From an uncultured Candidatus Saccharibacteria bacterium (GTDB lineage: Bacteria > Patescibacteriota > Minisyncoccia > Phycocordibacterales > PALSA-1337), in NCBI GenBank assembly GCA_964495685.1, contig CAZBVQ010000001.1:233521-297520 (forward strand): 64,000 bases of DNA, read 5' to 3'. Below, in pieces: positions 27,975 through 36,923 of the stretch. Below the pieces are notes generated by a model. It searched no databases. It saw only the letters and a program-made list of their open reading frames with translations, and was not told the DNA's origin. Within the stretch, counting starts at the first letter, position 1. Each line of letters starts with the position of its first letter. A program made the translations under genes and the position numbers.

Positions 27975-28472
27975 CTATTGGTCGAGGGTTATCAAACCCT
28001 TCCTGAGCGCGTATCTGGTGAGTCCTGCAGCGTCATGGATGCCGAGCTTCTTCATGATACGTTCGCGATGAGTTTCCACGGTACGTACACCGATGTTGAG
28101 TGCCGTGGCGATCTCCTTGTTCGTGTGACTCGTGGCGATGCTGATGAGAACCTCACGCTCACGATCGGTTATTTGCTCGGCAACCTCTTTGTCGATAGGT
28201 TGATCTCTTGTTTTCTTTAAGATTGCCAAAACACGTTGAAGTATTTCGAGTTTTGATAGCTCTTGCATCGTGCAGATTGTCCGTAATGCAGCCAAGACCA
28301 CACGCTCTTCGTCGGTAAGCCTGACTTTATCCGACGTTGTATTTACGGCTTCTGTCAAAGCCCGTAAGATTGCGACGGCAAGTTTCGGTTGCAAGGGGTC
28401 ATTGTCCGGGGTTGCCTCTACAACAAGCTTGCACAGCTTGGTCGCGAGGGATATGTCAAGAGAATCGTTCAT
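27975..28472 (-). CDS. LuxR/NarL-type HTH transcriptional regulator without a receiver domain
   Basis: ITDREREVL..TNKEIATALNIGVRTVETHRERIMKKL; start placed after TTGACA-16-TAGGAT promoter (28516-28543). Confidence 0.85.
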   Translation of the reverse strand: MNDSLDISLATKLCKLVVEATPDNDPLQPKLAVAILRALTEAVNTTSDKVRLTDEERVVLAALRTICTMQELSKLEILQRVLAILKKTRDQPIDKEVAEQITDREREVLISIATSHTNKEIATALNIGVRTVETHRERIMKKLGIHDAAGLTRYALRKGLITLDQ

Positions 28473-28539
28473 AAGGATTTGTCGGGTTGTGCTGTTGTCG
28501 TTACATCTGACCGTCATCCTACTCTCTTGTGGGTCGCTG

Positions 28540-29832
28540 TCAATTGGCCGTTTGTGCCCCCACACTATTGCCCGCCACATACCCAGTCGTCCAGCAGAGC
28601 TGCAGACTGTAGCCACCTGATGGTCGATCGATATTGAGTACATCGCCGACGATATGCAGATTGGGCACCAGCTTCGACTGCATCGTCTTGAAGTCGACTT
28701 CAGTAAGTACTACACCACCCGAAGTCACAATAGCTTTTTCTATACCAAGAAGACCTGTCGGTTGCATGTGTAAATCCTTCAAGAGTTTGACCAGATTCAG
28801 TCGTTCATCACGCGTCACGCTGTGGCAGAATGTATCTGGATTAATTCCTGAATTTTCAATAATAATTGGTACGAGCGAAGACGGGACGAGCGCATCGAGT
28901 GCGTTCTTGAACTTTTTGTTGCTTTCTTTTTTGAAGAGATCCTGGAGTGCGTCATTCAGTGTCGAATAGTCATGCTTCGGTAGTATGTCGAGCGATATCG
29001 TCACTGGGCCATATTTCAAGAGTTCACGAATATCTTTACTCATATTGAGGATAGTTGGGCCACTGACACCGAAATGGGTAAAAAGAATCTTACCTTTTTT
29101 CATGGCCTGTTTGGTTTCATTCTGGAACAGGGTAATTTTCACTTCCTTCAGTGTTACGCCTTGGAGCCGTTTCACCCAGTCATCGTGTATTTTCACCGGC
29201 ACCAACGCCGCATCGGCGTCGATGATGGTGTGACCGAGCTTTTTGAGCCACTCGAATCCTTCACCTGTCGAACCAGTCTCTGGTCGTGATTTGCCGCCAG
29301 TCGCTAGGATGAAAGATCGTGCATGAATACGCTCGCCGTTTTTGAGTTTGATGGATTCCAATTCTAGGCCCGGCCTGGAATGCGTGACTAGCTCTACCAC
29401 TTCTGCATTCGAGCGCACAGTGACATTCCCGTGCTTCATATATTCAACTAACACATCCCAGACAGACTGCGCCTTGTCGCTCACCGGAAATACGCGCTGC
29501 TCGGCTTCCACCTTGGTGGACATGCCACGCGAATTGAAAAATTCTAGTGTCTGCGTGACGTTGAATTGCGAAAACGCCGAGAACAGGAATTTGTCATTCT
29601 CCTTGAATTTGGAAAGGAGCGTACGAGTGTCGAATTCGGCATTGGTGACATTGCAGCGACCACCGCCGGTAATCAATAACTTTTTACCAAGAGACTTGTT
29701 CTTTTCGAGAAGAATCACTTTGAGTCCACGTTCGGCTGCACGTCCTGCGGCCATCATGCCAGCTGGTCCGCCACCGATCACGGCGACGTCGTATGTTTCC
29801 TGCAAATGGTGCGGGGAGGTGACTGTGGGCAT
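28540..29832 (-). CDS. HI0933/YhiN (BaiN-like) family flavoprotein
   Basis: GGGPAG, GKKLLITGGGRCNVTN, ILATGG.S.P.TGSTG, VTSGGV, GGYSLQ. Confidence 0.93.
   Translation of the reverse strand: MPTVTSPHHLQETYDVAVIGGGPAGMMAAGRAAERGLKVILLEKNKSLGKKLLITGGGRCNVTNAEFDTRTLLSKFKENDKFLFSAFSQFNVTQTLEFFNSRGMSTKVEAEQRVFPVSDKAQSVWDVLVEYMKHGNVTVRSNAEVVELVTHSRPGLELESIKLKNGERIHARSFILATGGKSRPETGSTGEGFEWLKKLGHTIIDADAALVPVKIHDDWVKRLQGVTLKEVKITLFQNETKQAMKKGKILFTHFGVSGPTILNMSKDIRELLKYGPVTISLDILPKHDYSTLNDALQDLFKKESNKKFKNALDALVPSSLVPIIIENSGINPDTFCHSVTRDERLNLVKLLKDLHMQPTGLLGIEKAIVTSGGVVLTEVDFKTMQSKLVPNLHIVGDVLNIDRPSGGYSLQLCWTTGYVAGNSVGAQTAN
29362..29380. repeat. 19-bp palindromic repeat, in frame inside the HI0933 gene
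   Basis: ttctaggcccggcctggaa; encodes SRPGLE on the minus strand. Confidence 0.8.
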
Positions 29833-29868
29833 AAAAAAAAGGGGGGGGGGAAGTAGTTTCGTAGTTCG

Positions 29869-30465
29869 TTATGGATTCCTGAAACAGCCGAGAGGTGCCG
29901 ATGCACTATATTGGACAGATGAGCCATGTTCATATGATGTTGCTGTATCGGATTGACCATGACTACCTATACAGAGATAGGTTTTCTTGGAGGGGAGATA
30001 TGCGGCGATCGAATAATTCGATTTCATGCCACCAGGGACATTATTGGCAACGCCCATGATGAATGTGGGTGAGCTGCCAATCTCAGAGCCACCAGCCAAC
30101 GAGAGTATGTTGTCACAGATTCGAGCCGCTTCGCTGTTGGGTGTTCGTATGGCGCCAGAGAATATGCCAGAACAAGTCGTGCCACTGGTCCCTGTGAAGC
30201 AGTAATAACTTGTTCCAATGTCACCACCACATCCTCCGAAGGGAGCCATGTCGAATTGCATGTCGGAATAGTCACCTTTGTTGGAGAATGCCTGTTCATG
30301 GATAAGTTGCAATTGGCGCATTGCCGATCGGACAGCGGCATCTTTTGCCTTGAGTCGGGCACTGCCGAGGGATACGAGGACGACACTCGAAAGTAGGCCT
30401 ATGATAGAAATTACCACGAGAAGCTCGATTAATGTGAAGCCCTTGTGAGTCAGACCTCCTTTCAT
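29869..30465 (-). CDS. Type IV pilin-like protein
   Basis: KGFTLIELLVVISIIGLLSSVV prepilin cleavage/methylation motif; Cys-rich C-terminus. Confidence 0.92.
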   Translation of the reverse strand: MKGGLTHKGFTLIELLVVISIIGLLSSVVLVSLGSARLKAKDAAVRSAMRQLQLIHEQAFSNKGDYSDMQFDMAPFGGCGGDIGTSYYCFTGTSGTTCSGIFSGAIRTPNSEAARICDNILSLAGGSEIGSSPTFIMGVANNVPGGMKSNYSIAAYLPSKKTYLCIGSHGQSDTATSYEHGSSVQYSASAPLGCFRNP

Positions 30466-30623
30466 ACATGTATCATAGCACATGTGGGTGTTATTGACTT
30501 TCTCACCCAAATAGTATATAGTAATGGCCTATTCATCTCTCATTGTTCGCCTTTCGACTTATAGGCTTTTGATGGGATACGGCCTTACTGGCACCCATCA
30601 CTGGGCGAATAGTAATCAAATAT

Positions 30624-31886
30624 ATGTATCAAAAACACTTCAGAGGTGGTGGCCACCGTTCTGCGCATGCAGGAGGTCCCGCCAAACAGTTTAGTTATCG
30701 CAAACCCGCAAGTCGCGGAGGTTTTCGTGGTGGTCATGGAGGCGGCAGGGGACGCGGTGGTCGTGGTCCTGGTGGCGGATTTTCCAAATTCATCGATCCA
30801 TCCAAGTTCATCAACAAGGCCGTCATTACCGAGAAGGTCGAGCACTTCGTGCCTGATCATCAGTTCACTGACTTTGCTGTCGATGCTCGTCTCAAGCAAA
30901 ACATCGTCACCAAAGGATATGTGACCCCGACACCCATTCAAGACAAATCAATCCCTCATATTTTGCGTGGGGCAGATCTTGTCGGTATCGCCAACACAGG
31001 TACTGGTAAGACTGCAGCTTTCCTCATTCCTCTTATCGACAAAATACTCAAGAACCCTCGCGAGAAAATCATGATTGTCGTACCGACACGTGAGCTTGCT
31101 CAGCAGATTGAGGAAGAGTTCAAAGGATTCGTGCGTGGTCTGCCTCTTTGGGCAGTCTGTTGCGTCGGTGGTGCGAGTATTGTGCCACAGCTCAAGGCGC
31201 TCTCTCGTCAGTACAATGTCGTCATTGGTACACCTGGTCGTCTCAAGGACTTGATCGAGCGCGGCAAGATTCGCCTCGCTGAATACAGTACTGTCGTCCT
31301 CGATGAGGCAGATCGCATGCTTGATATGGGATTCATTGGTGATATCAAATTCATGTTGGCTGGTATGCCTGAGAAGCGTCATACGTTGTTCTTCTCAGCG
31401 ACTATGTCTCCGGAGATCAAGGCACTCATTTCTCATTTCTTGAAAGATCCAGTCAGCATCTCAGTAAAGACTGCCGATACTGCTCAGTCTGTCGATCAGG
31501 ATGTGGTCCGTGTGCCAGTGGGCAAGAATAAGCTCGACGTGCTCGCTGATTTGCTCAGTCAGCCTGGATTCACCAAGGTTATTATTTTCGGTAAGACCAA
31601 GCATGGTGTACAGCGTCTTGCTGGCGATCTCATGAAGCGTGGTTTCAAAGCTGAAGCGATCCACGGCAACAAGAGTCAGAGTCAGCGTATGCGCGCACTC
31701 AAACTCTTCAAGGATCATCATGTGCAGATCCTCACGGCTACTGACGTGGCTGCTCGTGGTCTCGATATTTCTGGCGTGACTCACGTCATCAACTTCGACA
31801 TTCCTGCTACCTATGAAGATTACGTGCACCGCATCGGTCGTACTGGTCGTGCGGGCAGTAAGGGCAAGGCGTTGACGTTTGTGTAA
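30624..31886 (+). CDS. DEAD-box RNA helicase (RhlE-like)
   Basis: ANTGTGKT, PTRELA, DEAD, SAT, HRIGRTGR; RGG-rich N-terminus. Confidence 0.96.
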   Translation: MYQKHFRGGGHRSAHAGGPAKQFSYRKPASRGGFRGGHGGGRGRGGRGPGGGFSKFIDPSKFINKAVITEKVEHFVPDHQFTDFAVDARLKQNIVTKGYVTPTPIQDKSIPHILRGADLVGIANTGTGKTAAFLIPLIDKILKNPREKIMIVVPTRELAQQIEEEFKGFVRGLPLWAVCCVGGASIVPQLKALSRQYNVVIGTPGRLKDLIERGKIRLAEYSTVVLDEADRMLDMGFIGDIKFMLAGMPEKRHTLFFSATMSPEIKALISHFLKDPVSISVKTADTAQSVDQDVVRVPVGKNKLDVLADLLSQPGFTKVIIFGKTKHGVQRLAGDLMKRGFKAEAIHGNKSQSQRMRALKLFKDHHVQILTATDVAARGLDISGVTHVINFDIPATYEDYVHRIGRTGRAGSKGKALTFV

Positions 31887-31932
31887 AAAAGCTTGCGCGA
31901 TAAATACAGTTTAGGAGCAACTATGGGCACTA

Positions 31933-31980
31933 TTGACATAGTTGCTTTATAGATGTATACTGCAGTAAATTCTTTGAATA
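31933..31980 (+). promoter_or_regulatory. Sigma70 promoter with boxA-like leader
   Basis: TTGACA (31933) -17- TATACT (31956), then ttctttgaata. Confidence 0.65.
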
Positions 31981-32051
31981 ACCTGTCTGCTTCTGGTGCC
32001 GCTTTGGAGCGGAGCTTTAGGTGGACTCAACACAAGAAAGTGAGGAAAGTT

Positions 32052-32702
32052 ATGAGCAAAAAAATGCTTGTTACTTCAAATCAGACGGATGCAGTTCGTG
32101 ACATGGCCAATGCCAAGGGTGTGACCCGGGCAGAGTTTCAGGCGGCTCAGGATGATGGCAGGATTGCCCGATTCTTGAATAGCCTCAAGGGTTGTGCGAA
32201 TAGCACTGACCTTACGGGGCTCACCCCACCTCCCGGTGCCCGTCTCCACATCGTACGCATCCACTTCAAACCGGACTATGAATGGCAGGAAGCGGTGAAT
32301 GCTGCCGGTCCCAACACTCCGAGTGATTACAATGTTCGGAAAGTCGGGGATCAGTATCCACCGGCGGGTACGGAAGAAATCGAGGAGGATCTCATTCTCC
32401 TCAACTTCCCGAATGGTGATGGCTTTGATGCAGCGCTTGCCTGGGCGGCTTCCAAGCAATTGGAAAAAACTGTCCCGCGTGAAGTGTTTGCCATCGGAGA
32501 GCAACATCCTAAACTGCATGAGGTACTCGGACAAAATCCGATGTATGTCGCTGCAACAAAGGAATGTACCTTTGGGGGCTTTCGCCACGCGTGTTGTGTC
32601 TGGTGGTATGGCTCGGGGCGCGAGGCGCGCTTGCCCTGGGTCAAGCGCTTCGCTTACAGCCGCGCTTGGTTTGCCTTCCGCAAGTCAGCTCTCAAAACTT
32701 AG
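32052..32702 (+). CDS. Hypothetical protein, candidate DGR target
   Basis: 3' 110 nt (32571-32680) contain only 7 A; C-terminal W-rich ..WFAFRK. Confidence 0.7.
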   Translation: MSKKMLVTSNQTDAVRDMANAKGVTRAEFQAAQDDGRIARFLNSLKGCANSTDLTGLTPPPGARLHIVRIHFKPDYEWQEAVNAAGPNTPSDYNVRKVGDQYPPAGTEEIEEDLILLNFPNGDGFDAALAWAASKQLEKTVPREVFAIGEQHPKLHEVLGQNPMYVAATKECTFGGFRHACCVWWYGSGREARLPWVKRFAYSRAWFAFRKSALKT

Positions 32703-32777
32703 GACCTCGGTTCTTTTGGATCCTTAGTCCTTTGTTCTTCGATTACAAAACGCTGGAGAGCGTTCGACAAATACTTC

Positions 32778-32823
32778 ACCCCTTCAGCAATCTGGCTAGA
32801 GGGGTTTGTTGTTTTTTTGTTTT
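32778..32823 (+). terminator. Intrinsic terminator
   Basis: accccttcagc...gctagaggggt followed by T-rich run. Confidence 0.6.
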
Positions 32824-32882
32824 ATCTATTAAATAACGTCCCGAATTTCGAACTTCAAATTTCTCTGCTATAATCAACCCAT

Positions 32883-32897
32883 TATCAACGGTTGATA
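32883..32897. promoter_or_regulatory. Palindromic operator candidate upstream of the DoxX gene
   Basis: tatcaac-g-gttgata perfect 7-1-7 palindrome downstream of tgctataat. Confidence 0.5.
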
Positions 32898-32917
32898 TAA
32901 CATTACAACGTACCGCA

Positions 32918-33301
32918 ATGGCAATTGCATTTCTTATTGGTCGCATCATTTTCGGAGGATATTTCTTGCTGAATTCGTACAACCACCTGGTCCATTCTGG
33001 TCACATGGTGGGATATGCACAGTCCAAGGGTGTCCCATCAGCGCGTCTCGCCATCGTCGCCTCAGGGATCCTGCTCCTCATCGGAGGTCTCTCAGTCGTC
33101 CTCGGCTATTGTCCGCTCATCGGTGCTATCGCACTCATTGTGTTCTTGGTCCCGGTGACATTCAAGATGCATGATTTCTGGAAAATTCAGGACCCCATGG
33201 CGCGCATGGGTGAGCGTATCGCATTTGAGAAAAATTTGGCGCTCATCGGTGCTGCACTCATGATGTTGGCAGTATCGGTCCCGTGGCCGTATTCTATCTA
33301 G
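32918..33301 (+). CDS. DoxX family membrane protein
   Basis: GRIIFGGYF, KGVP, MHDFW, KNLALIGAAL. Confidence 0.9.
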   Translation: MAIAFLIGRIIFGGYFLLNSYNHLVHSGHMVGYAQSKGVPSARLAIVASGILLLIGGLSVVLGYCPLIGAIALIVFLVPVTFKMHDFWKIQDPMARMGERIAFEKNLALIGAALMMLAVSVPWPYSI

Positions 33302-33306
33302 TGTAA

Positions 33307-33325
33307 TCCTAGGCCCGGCCTAGAA
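33307..33325. repeat. 19-bp palindromic repeat
   Basis: tcctaggcccggcctagaa, 5 nt after the DoxX stop codon. Confidence 0.85.
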
Positions 33326-33373
33326 ATAAAAACCCGGCCTCCTGGGGGAGACCGGTGAAATCGGACTAGGAAC

Positions 33374-33790
33374 TCACGTCACTGCGGGTTCAGGTGATAG
33401 TCCCCTCACTAGGGCTGGTACCAGATTGACATGAGCCTGCGTGAAGTATCCTTTGGGCAAAACAGTAGTGGGCATAATTTGCTTTTTGTCTCGAGGATGC
33501 GGAAGATTGAAGTGCAGTCGGCCAGCATCTTGAACGCGCGGCAGACCGGCGACGGTCGTGTCGAAGGTCACCGACTGTTTGTCAACCTCAGTGCAAAAAT
33601 CCCACATGTGGTCGCCAGATGCGGGATTTACCGCCTTTTTGGCACACCATTCACGTACGAAGGTAAATGTACTGTCGTCGTCGGACAGTTTCATTTGCTG
33701 GATCGGTCCGCAGTAACGCATTCCGTCGAGAACTATTTCAATGTCCCCGCCGATATATTTCGGATTTTCGAGAACTTCTTTCCATTTCAT
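33374..33790 (-). CDS. Hypothetical protein
   Basis: 138 aa; TTGACT-18-TAGTAT promoter (33821-33850), terminator near 33328-33356. Confidence 0.7.
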   Translation of the reverse strand: MKWKEVLENPKYIGGDIEIVLDGMRYCGPIQQMKLSDDDSTFTFVREWCAKKAVNPASGDHMWDFCTEVDKQSVTFDTTVAGLPRVQDAGRLHFNLPHPRDKKQIMPTTVLPKGYFTQAHVNLVPALVRGLSPEPAVT

Positions 33791-33872
33791 AGGTCAACTT
33801 TCGTTCAAAGGTTCATATCGATACTACATCACACTCCACAGTCTAGTCAATAAGTCATGGTATACTTCTTCC

Positions 33873-35498
33873 ATGCTCAATCAGCGTGACATTGCAAACC
33901 TTATCGATGGTGATATCGACACCTCCTCGTCGACATTACGTACCGCAAGTCACGACGCTAGTATTTTCGAAGTCATGCCTGAGGCTGTCGTACGTCCACG
34001 GACTGTGGCTGATATCCAGAAGCTGGTTCGTTATGTATCAGGCCAGAAAGGGATCAGTCTGACCGCGCGCTCGGCGGGTACTGACATGTCCGGTGGGCCA
34101 CTATCGTCATCCATTGTTGTTGATTTCTTGAAATATTTCAATCGTATTATCAAGGTCGTCGACGGATATGCCGTGACACAGCCGGGCGTGTATTATCGCG
34201 ACTTCGATCGAGTCACACAGAAGACAGGTCAGATACTGCCAAGTTACCCAGCGTCCCGTGAGATCTGTACAGTAGGTGGCATGGTTGCCAACAACTCTGG
34301 CGGCGAAAAGACGCTCCAGTATGGCAAAACAGAACGCTACGTTCGTCGGCTCAAAATGGTCTGCGCTGATGGAGTCGAGCACGAATTCACGCCACTTACA
34401 TTCCACCAACTCGAGCAGGCCAAGAAATTTCCTACATTCGAGAGTAATGTCTATGTACAGATGCACGAGCTCATCACCGAGAATTGGGATCTGATCCAGC
34501 GTGCTCGTCCACGTGTCAGCAAGAATTCCTGTGGATACTATCTCTGGAATGTTATGGACAAAGAAAAGGGAATATTTGATCTGACCAAACTCATTGTCGG
34601 TTCACAAGGTACACTTGGCCTTATTACCGAGATTGAGTTTGCATTGGTAAAGCCCAAGAAACATTCACGCCTACTGGTAGTATTCCTCAAAGATATGGCT
34701 CTCTTGGCACCGACAGCGGCGCACATCATGACATTCAAGCCAGAAAGTTTCGAGTCATATGACGATCATACCTTCAAAGTGGCCTTCAGATTCTTACCAC
34801 GACTGATCAGGCAGATGGGTGGCAATATATTCAAGCTGGGCCTCAAATTTATTCCTGAAGTCTGGGCGGTCCTGACTGGTGGTGTACCCAAGATGGTGCT
34901 CATGGCTGAGTTTACCGCTGACACACCAGAAGAGGCGTTGCGCATGGCCACTGAGGCACAGCAGTCGCTACGTGAATTGCATGAGAAGACGACGTTGACC
35001 AAGACAGCTGAAGATGCGCACAAGTACTGGGTGATTCGCCGTGAAAGTTTCAATATGCTCCGTCACTCGGTCCACAATGTGCGCACGGCTCCGTTCATCG
35101 ATGATTTCGCCGTGCCGCCCGAGACGCTCAATGAATTCCTGCCACGACTGTATGCTATTCTCGATCAGTACAAACTGACCTATACGATCGCTGGTCATAT
35201 CGGGGATGGCAATTTCCACATTATTCCGCTCATGAATTTGCATGAAGCTCACTCGCATGAGGTGATCAAAGAACTCTCGGTCAAAGTCTATGAGCTTATT
35301 CACCAATTCAAGGGCACCATCACGGCTGAGCATAATGATGGACTGATCCGCACACCATTCGTGAAGATGCAGTATGGGGATGAGATGTATGCCTTGTTCG
35401 AGAAGGTCAAGAAGATCTGGGATCCTAAGGGTATTTTCAATCCAGGCAAGAAAGTGGGGATGACCTGGGAACAGGCGGTGGGGAAGATTGTGAAGTAA
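33873..35498 (+). CDS. FAD-linked oxidase (GlcD / D-lactate dehydrogenase family)
   Basis: RSAGTDMSGG, GGMVANN, GSQGTLG, GHIGDGNFH, AEHNDG, DPKGIFNPGK. Confidence 0.92.
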   Translation: MLNQRDIANLIDGDIDTSSSTLRTASHDASIFEVMPEAVVRPRTVADIQKLVRYVSGQKGISLTARSAGTDMSGGPLSSSIVVDFLKYFNRIIKVVDGYAVTQPGVYYRDFDRVTQKTGQILPSYPASREICTVGGMVANNSGGEKTLQYGKTERYVRRLKMVCADGVEHEFTPLTFHQLEQAKKFPTFESNVYVQMHELITENWDLIQRARPRVSKNSCGYYLWNVMDKEKGIFDLTKLIVGSQGTLGLITEIEFALVKPKKHSRLLVVFLKDMALLAPTAAHIMTFKPESFESYDDHTFKVAFRFLPRLIRQMGGNIFKLGLKFIPEVWAVLTGGVPKMVLMAEFTADTPEEALRMATEAQQSLRELHEKTTLTKTAEDAHKYWVIRRESFNMLRHSVHNVRTAPFIDDFAVPPETLNEFLPRLYAILDQYKLTYTIAGHIGDGNFHIIPLMNLHEAHSHEVIKELSVKVYELIHQFKGTITAEHNDGLIRTPFVKMQYGDEMYALFEKVKKIWDPKGIFNPGKKVGMTWEQAVGKIVK

Positions 35499-35499
35499 T

Positions 35500-36054
35500 A
35501 TGAAACTCATTAACAGAATTCCAACTATTGAAGTTAAGCGTACCTTTGTTATTTCTGATTACGCGAAGAAGGTGTCTGTTGACCAAGCGAAGAAAAAAGT
35601 ATTGGCAATGTCGGAGAAACAGCTCAATGCAATTATCAAAAAAGGGTATGCAAAAAGATTGGCAGCGTACAATAGAAGCGTGTGGTATTTAGCTCAAGTA
35701 CCTGTGGCTGAAGCTGGTGTATGGAAACGCGCTGGCGGACTACCACTGAATTGGACGAATGATTCATTGCTGAGAACTGCGACGTTGATCCGTGAACGTG
35801 GTTTTTCTCGATTTAGAGTTCATGCGCAGCGTGCAAAAAAGGTTATTCCGCTTGTGTTGAACAATTCAATTCTGTTGGAGCAGCAAGAAAAATATTTATT
35901 ACCAATAGGATTCAAACATGGTACAGGTACACCGGCTCGATCACGTCTCAAAAGAAAAGTCGCTGTAGATATCGATGACGGCTGTATGAGATCTATTGCG
36001 ATGGCCGTATCTGGGAAGAGGTTGATGCGGATGTATGTGGGGATGCCAGAATAA
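35500..36054 (+). CDS. Hypothetical protein with ParB/sulfiredoxin-like C-terminal motif
   Basis: LLPI...IDDGCMRSIAMAVSG....MYVG. Confidence 0.55.
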   Translation: MKLINRIPTIEVKRTFVISDYAKKVSVDQAKKKVLAMSEKQLNAIIKKGYAKRLAAYNRSVWYLAQVPVAEAGVWKRAGGLPLNWTNDSLLRTATLIRERGFSRFRVHAQRAKKVIPLVLNNSILLEQQEKYLLPIGFKHGTGTPARSRLKRKVAVDIDDGCMRSIAMAVSGKRLMRMYVGMPE

Positions 36055-36130
36055 AAAGTGATTTGGTAGTCTCTAGATCCAATTGCAATAGACAATTGCT
36101 TTTTCCTCAGTTGGAGTATATAAATGACCC

Positions 36131-36850
36131 ATGGCGCCGATCACTTCTCAGATACAAAATCAGATCATCAGCAAACTCAAGAACGCAAAACAGTTGCGCT
36201 ATAGCGAGATCCAGCCCAAGGGTGTGCCCAATGATCTGTATAACTACCACCTCCAATTTCTGGTCAAAAAGGACTACGTCATCAAATCAGATGATGGCTA
36301 TTCGTTGTCGCCGCTCGGTGTGAAGCACGTAGCAGACTTCAATCCGCCCACAGAAGATAATGCGCCGGTCAATGTATTCAAGGTCAATGTTCTCACGGTG
36401 CTTTCGCGCATCAATAAAGGCAAAATAGAAATTCTCAATCAGGTGCGAAAGTCCAATCCTTCATATGGCAAGGTTGGTGTTATGGGTGGTGTGGTCCGCA
36501 AAGGTGAATCAACAGAAGATGCAGCCACCCGCAAACTGCTCGTCGAGACGGGTCTCGAGGCAGTTTTCAAAGTCGTCGGTATCCAACGTCGCACCATGTA
36601 CATCAAAGACGAGCTTTTCTCTGATGTGCTATTTCCGATTGCATATAGCGATGAATGTTTTGGTGATCTGATCGAAGATACCGAGTATGGTCACAACATG
36701 TGGGTGCCCATAGATGATGCTATCGAGAATGATTCTGCTGAGTTCGATTCTATCAAGAAATTACCCGATGTTCTTCGTGCCATCAAGGACGGTTCTGTTT
36801 GGAAGTTGCCATTTTTCTACGACGAGGATATTCAGAGTGGAGAGTTCTAG
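36131..36850 (+). CDS. Winged-helix plus NUDIX domain protein
   Basis: LRYSEI..DLYNYHLQFLVKK winged HTH; GGVVRKGESTEDAATRKLLVETGL degenerate Nudix box. Confidence 0.8.
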   Translation: MAPITSQIQNQIISKLKNAKQLRYSEIQPKGVPNDLYNYHLQFLVKKDYVIKSDDGYSLSPLGVKHVADFNPPTEDNAPVNVFKVNVLTVLSRINKGKIEILNQVRKSNPSYGKVGVMGGVVRKGESTEDAATRKLLVETGLEAVFKVVGIQRRTMYIKDELFSDVLFPIAYSDECFGDLIEDTEYGHNMWVPIDDAIENDSAEFDSIKKLPDVLRAIKDGSVWKLPFFYDEDIQSGEF

Positions 36851-36869
36851 TTCTAGGCCGGGCCTAGGA
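36851..36869. repeat. 19-bp palindromic repeat
   Basis: ttctaggccgggcctagga directly after the CTAG containing the stop codon. Confidence 0.85.
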
Positions 36870-36923
36870 AGTTACCGAAGAGTCTTCGCTAGTTTATCTG
36901 TATGGTAATAGTAGTATGAACCC

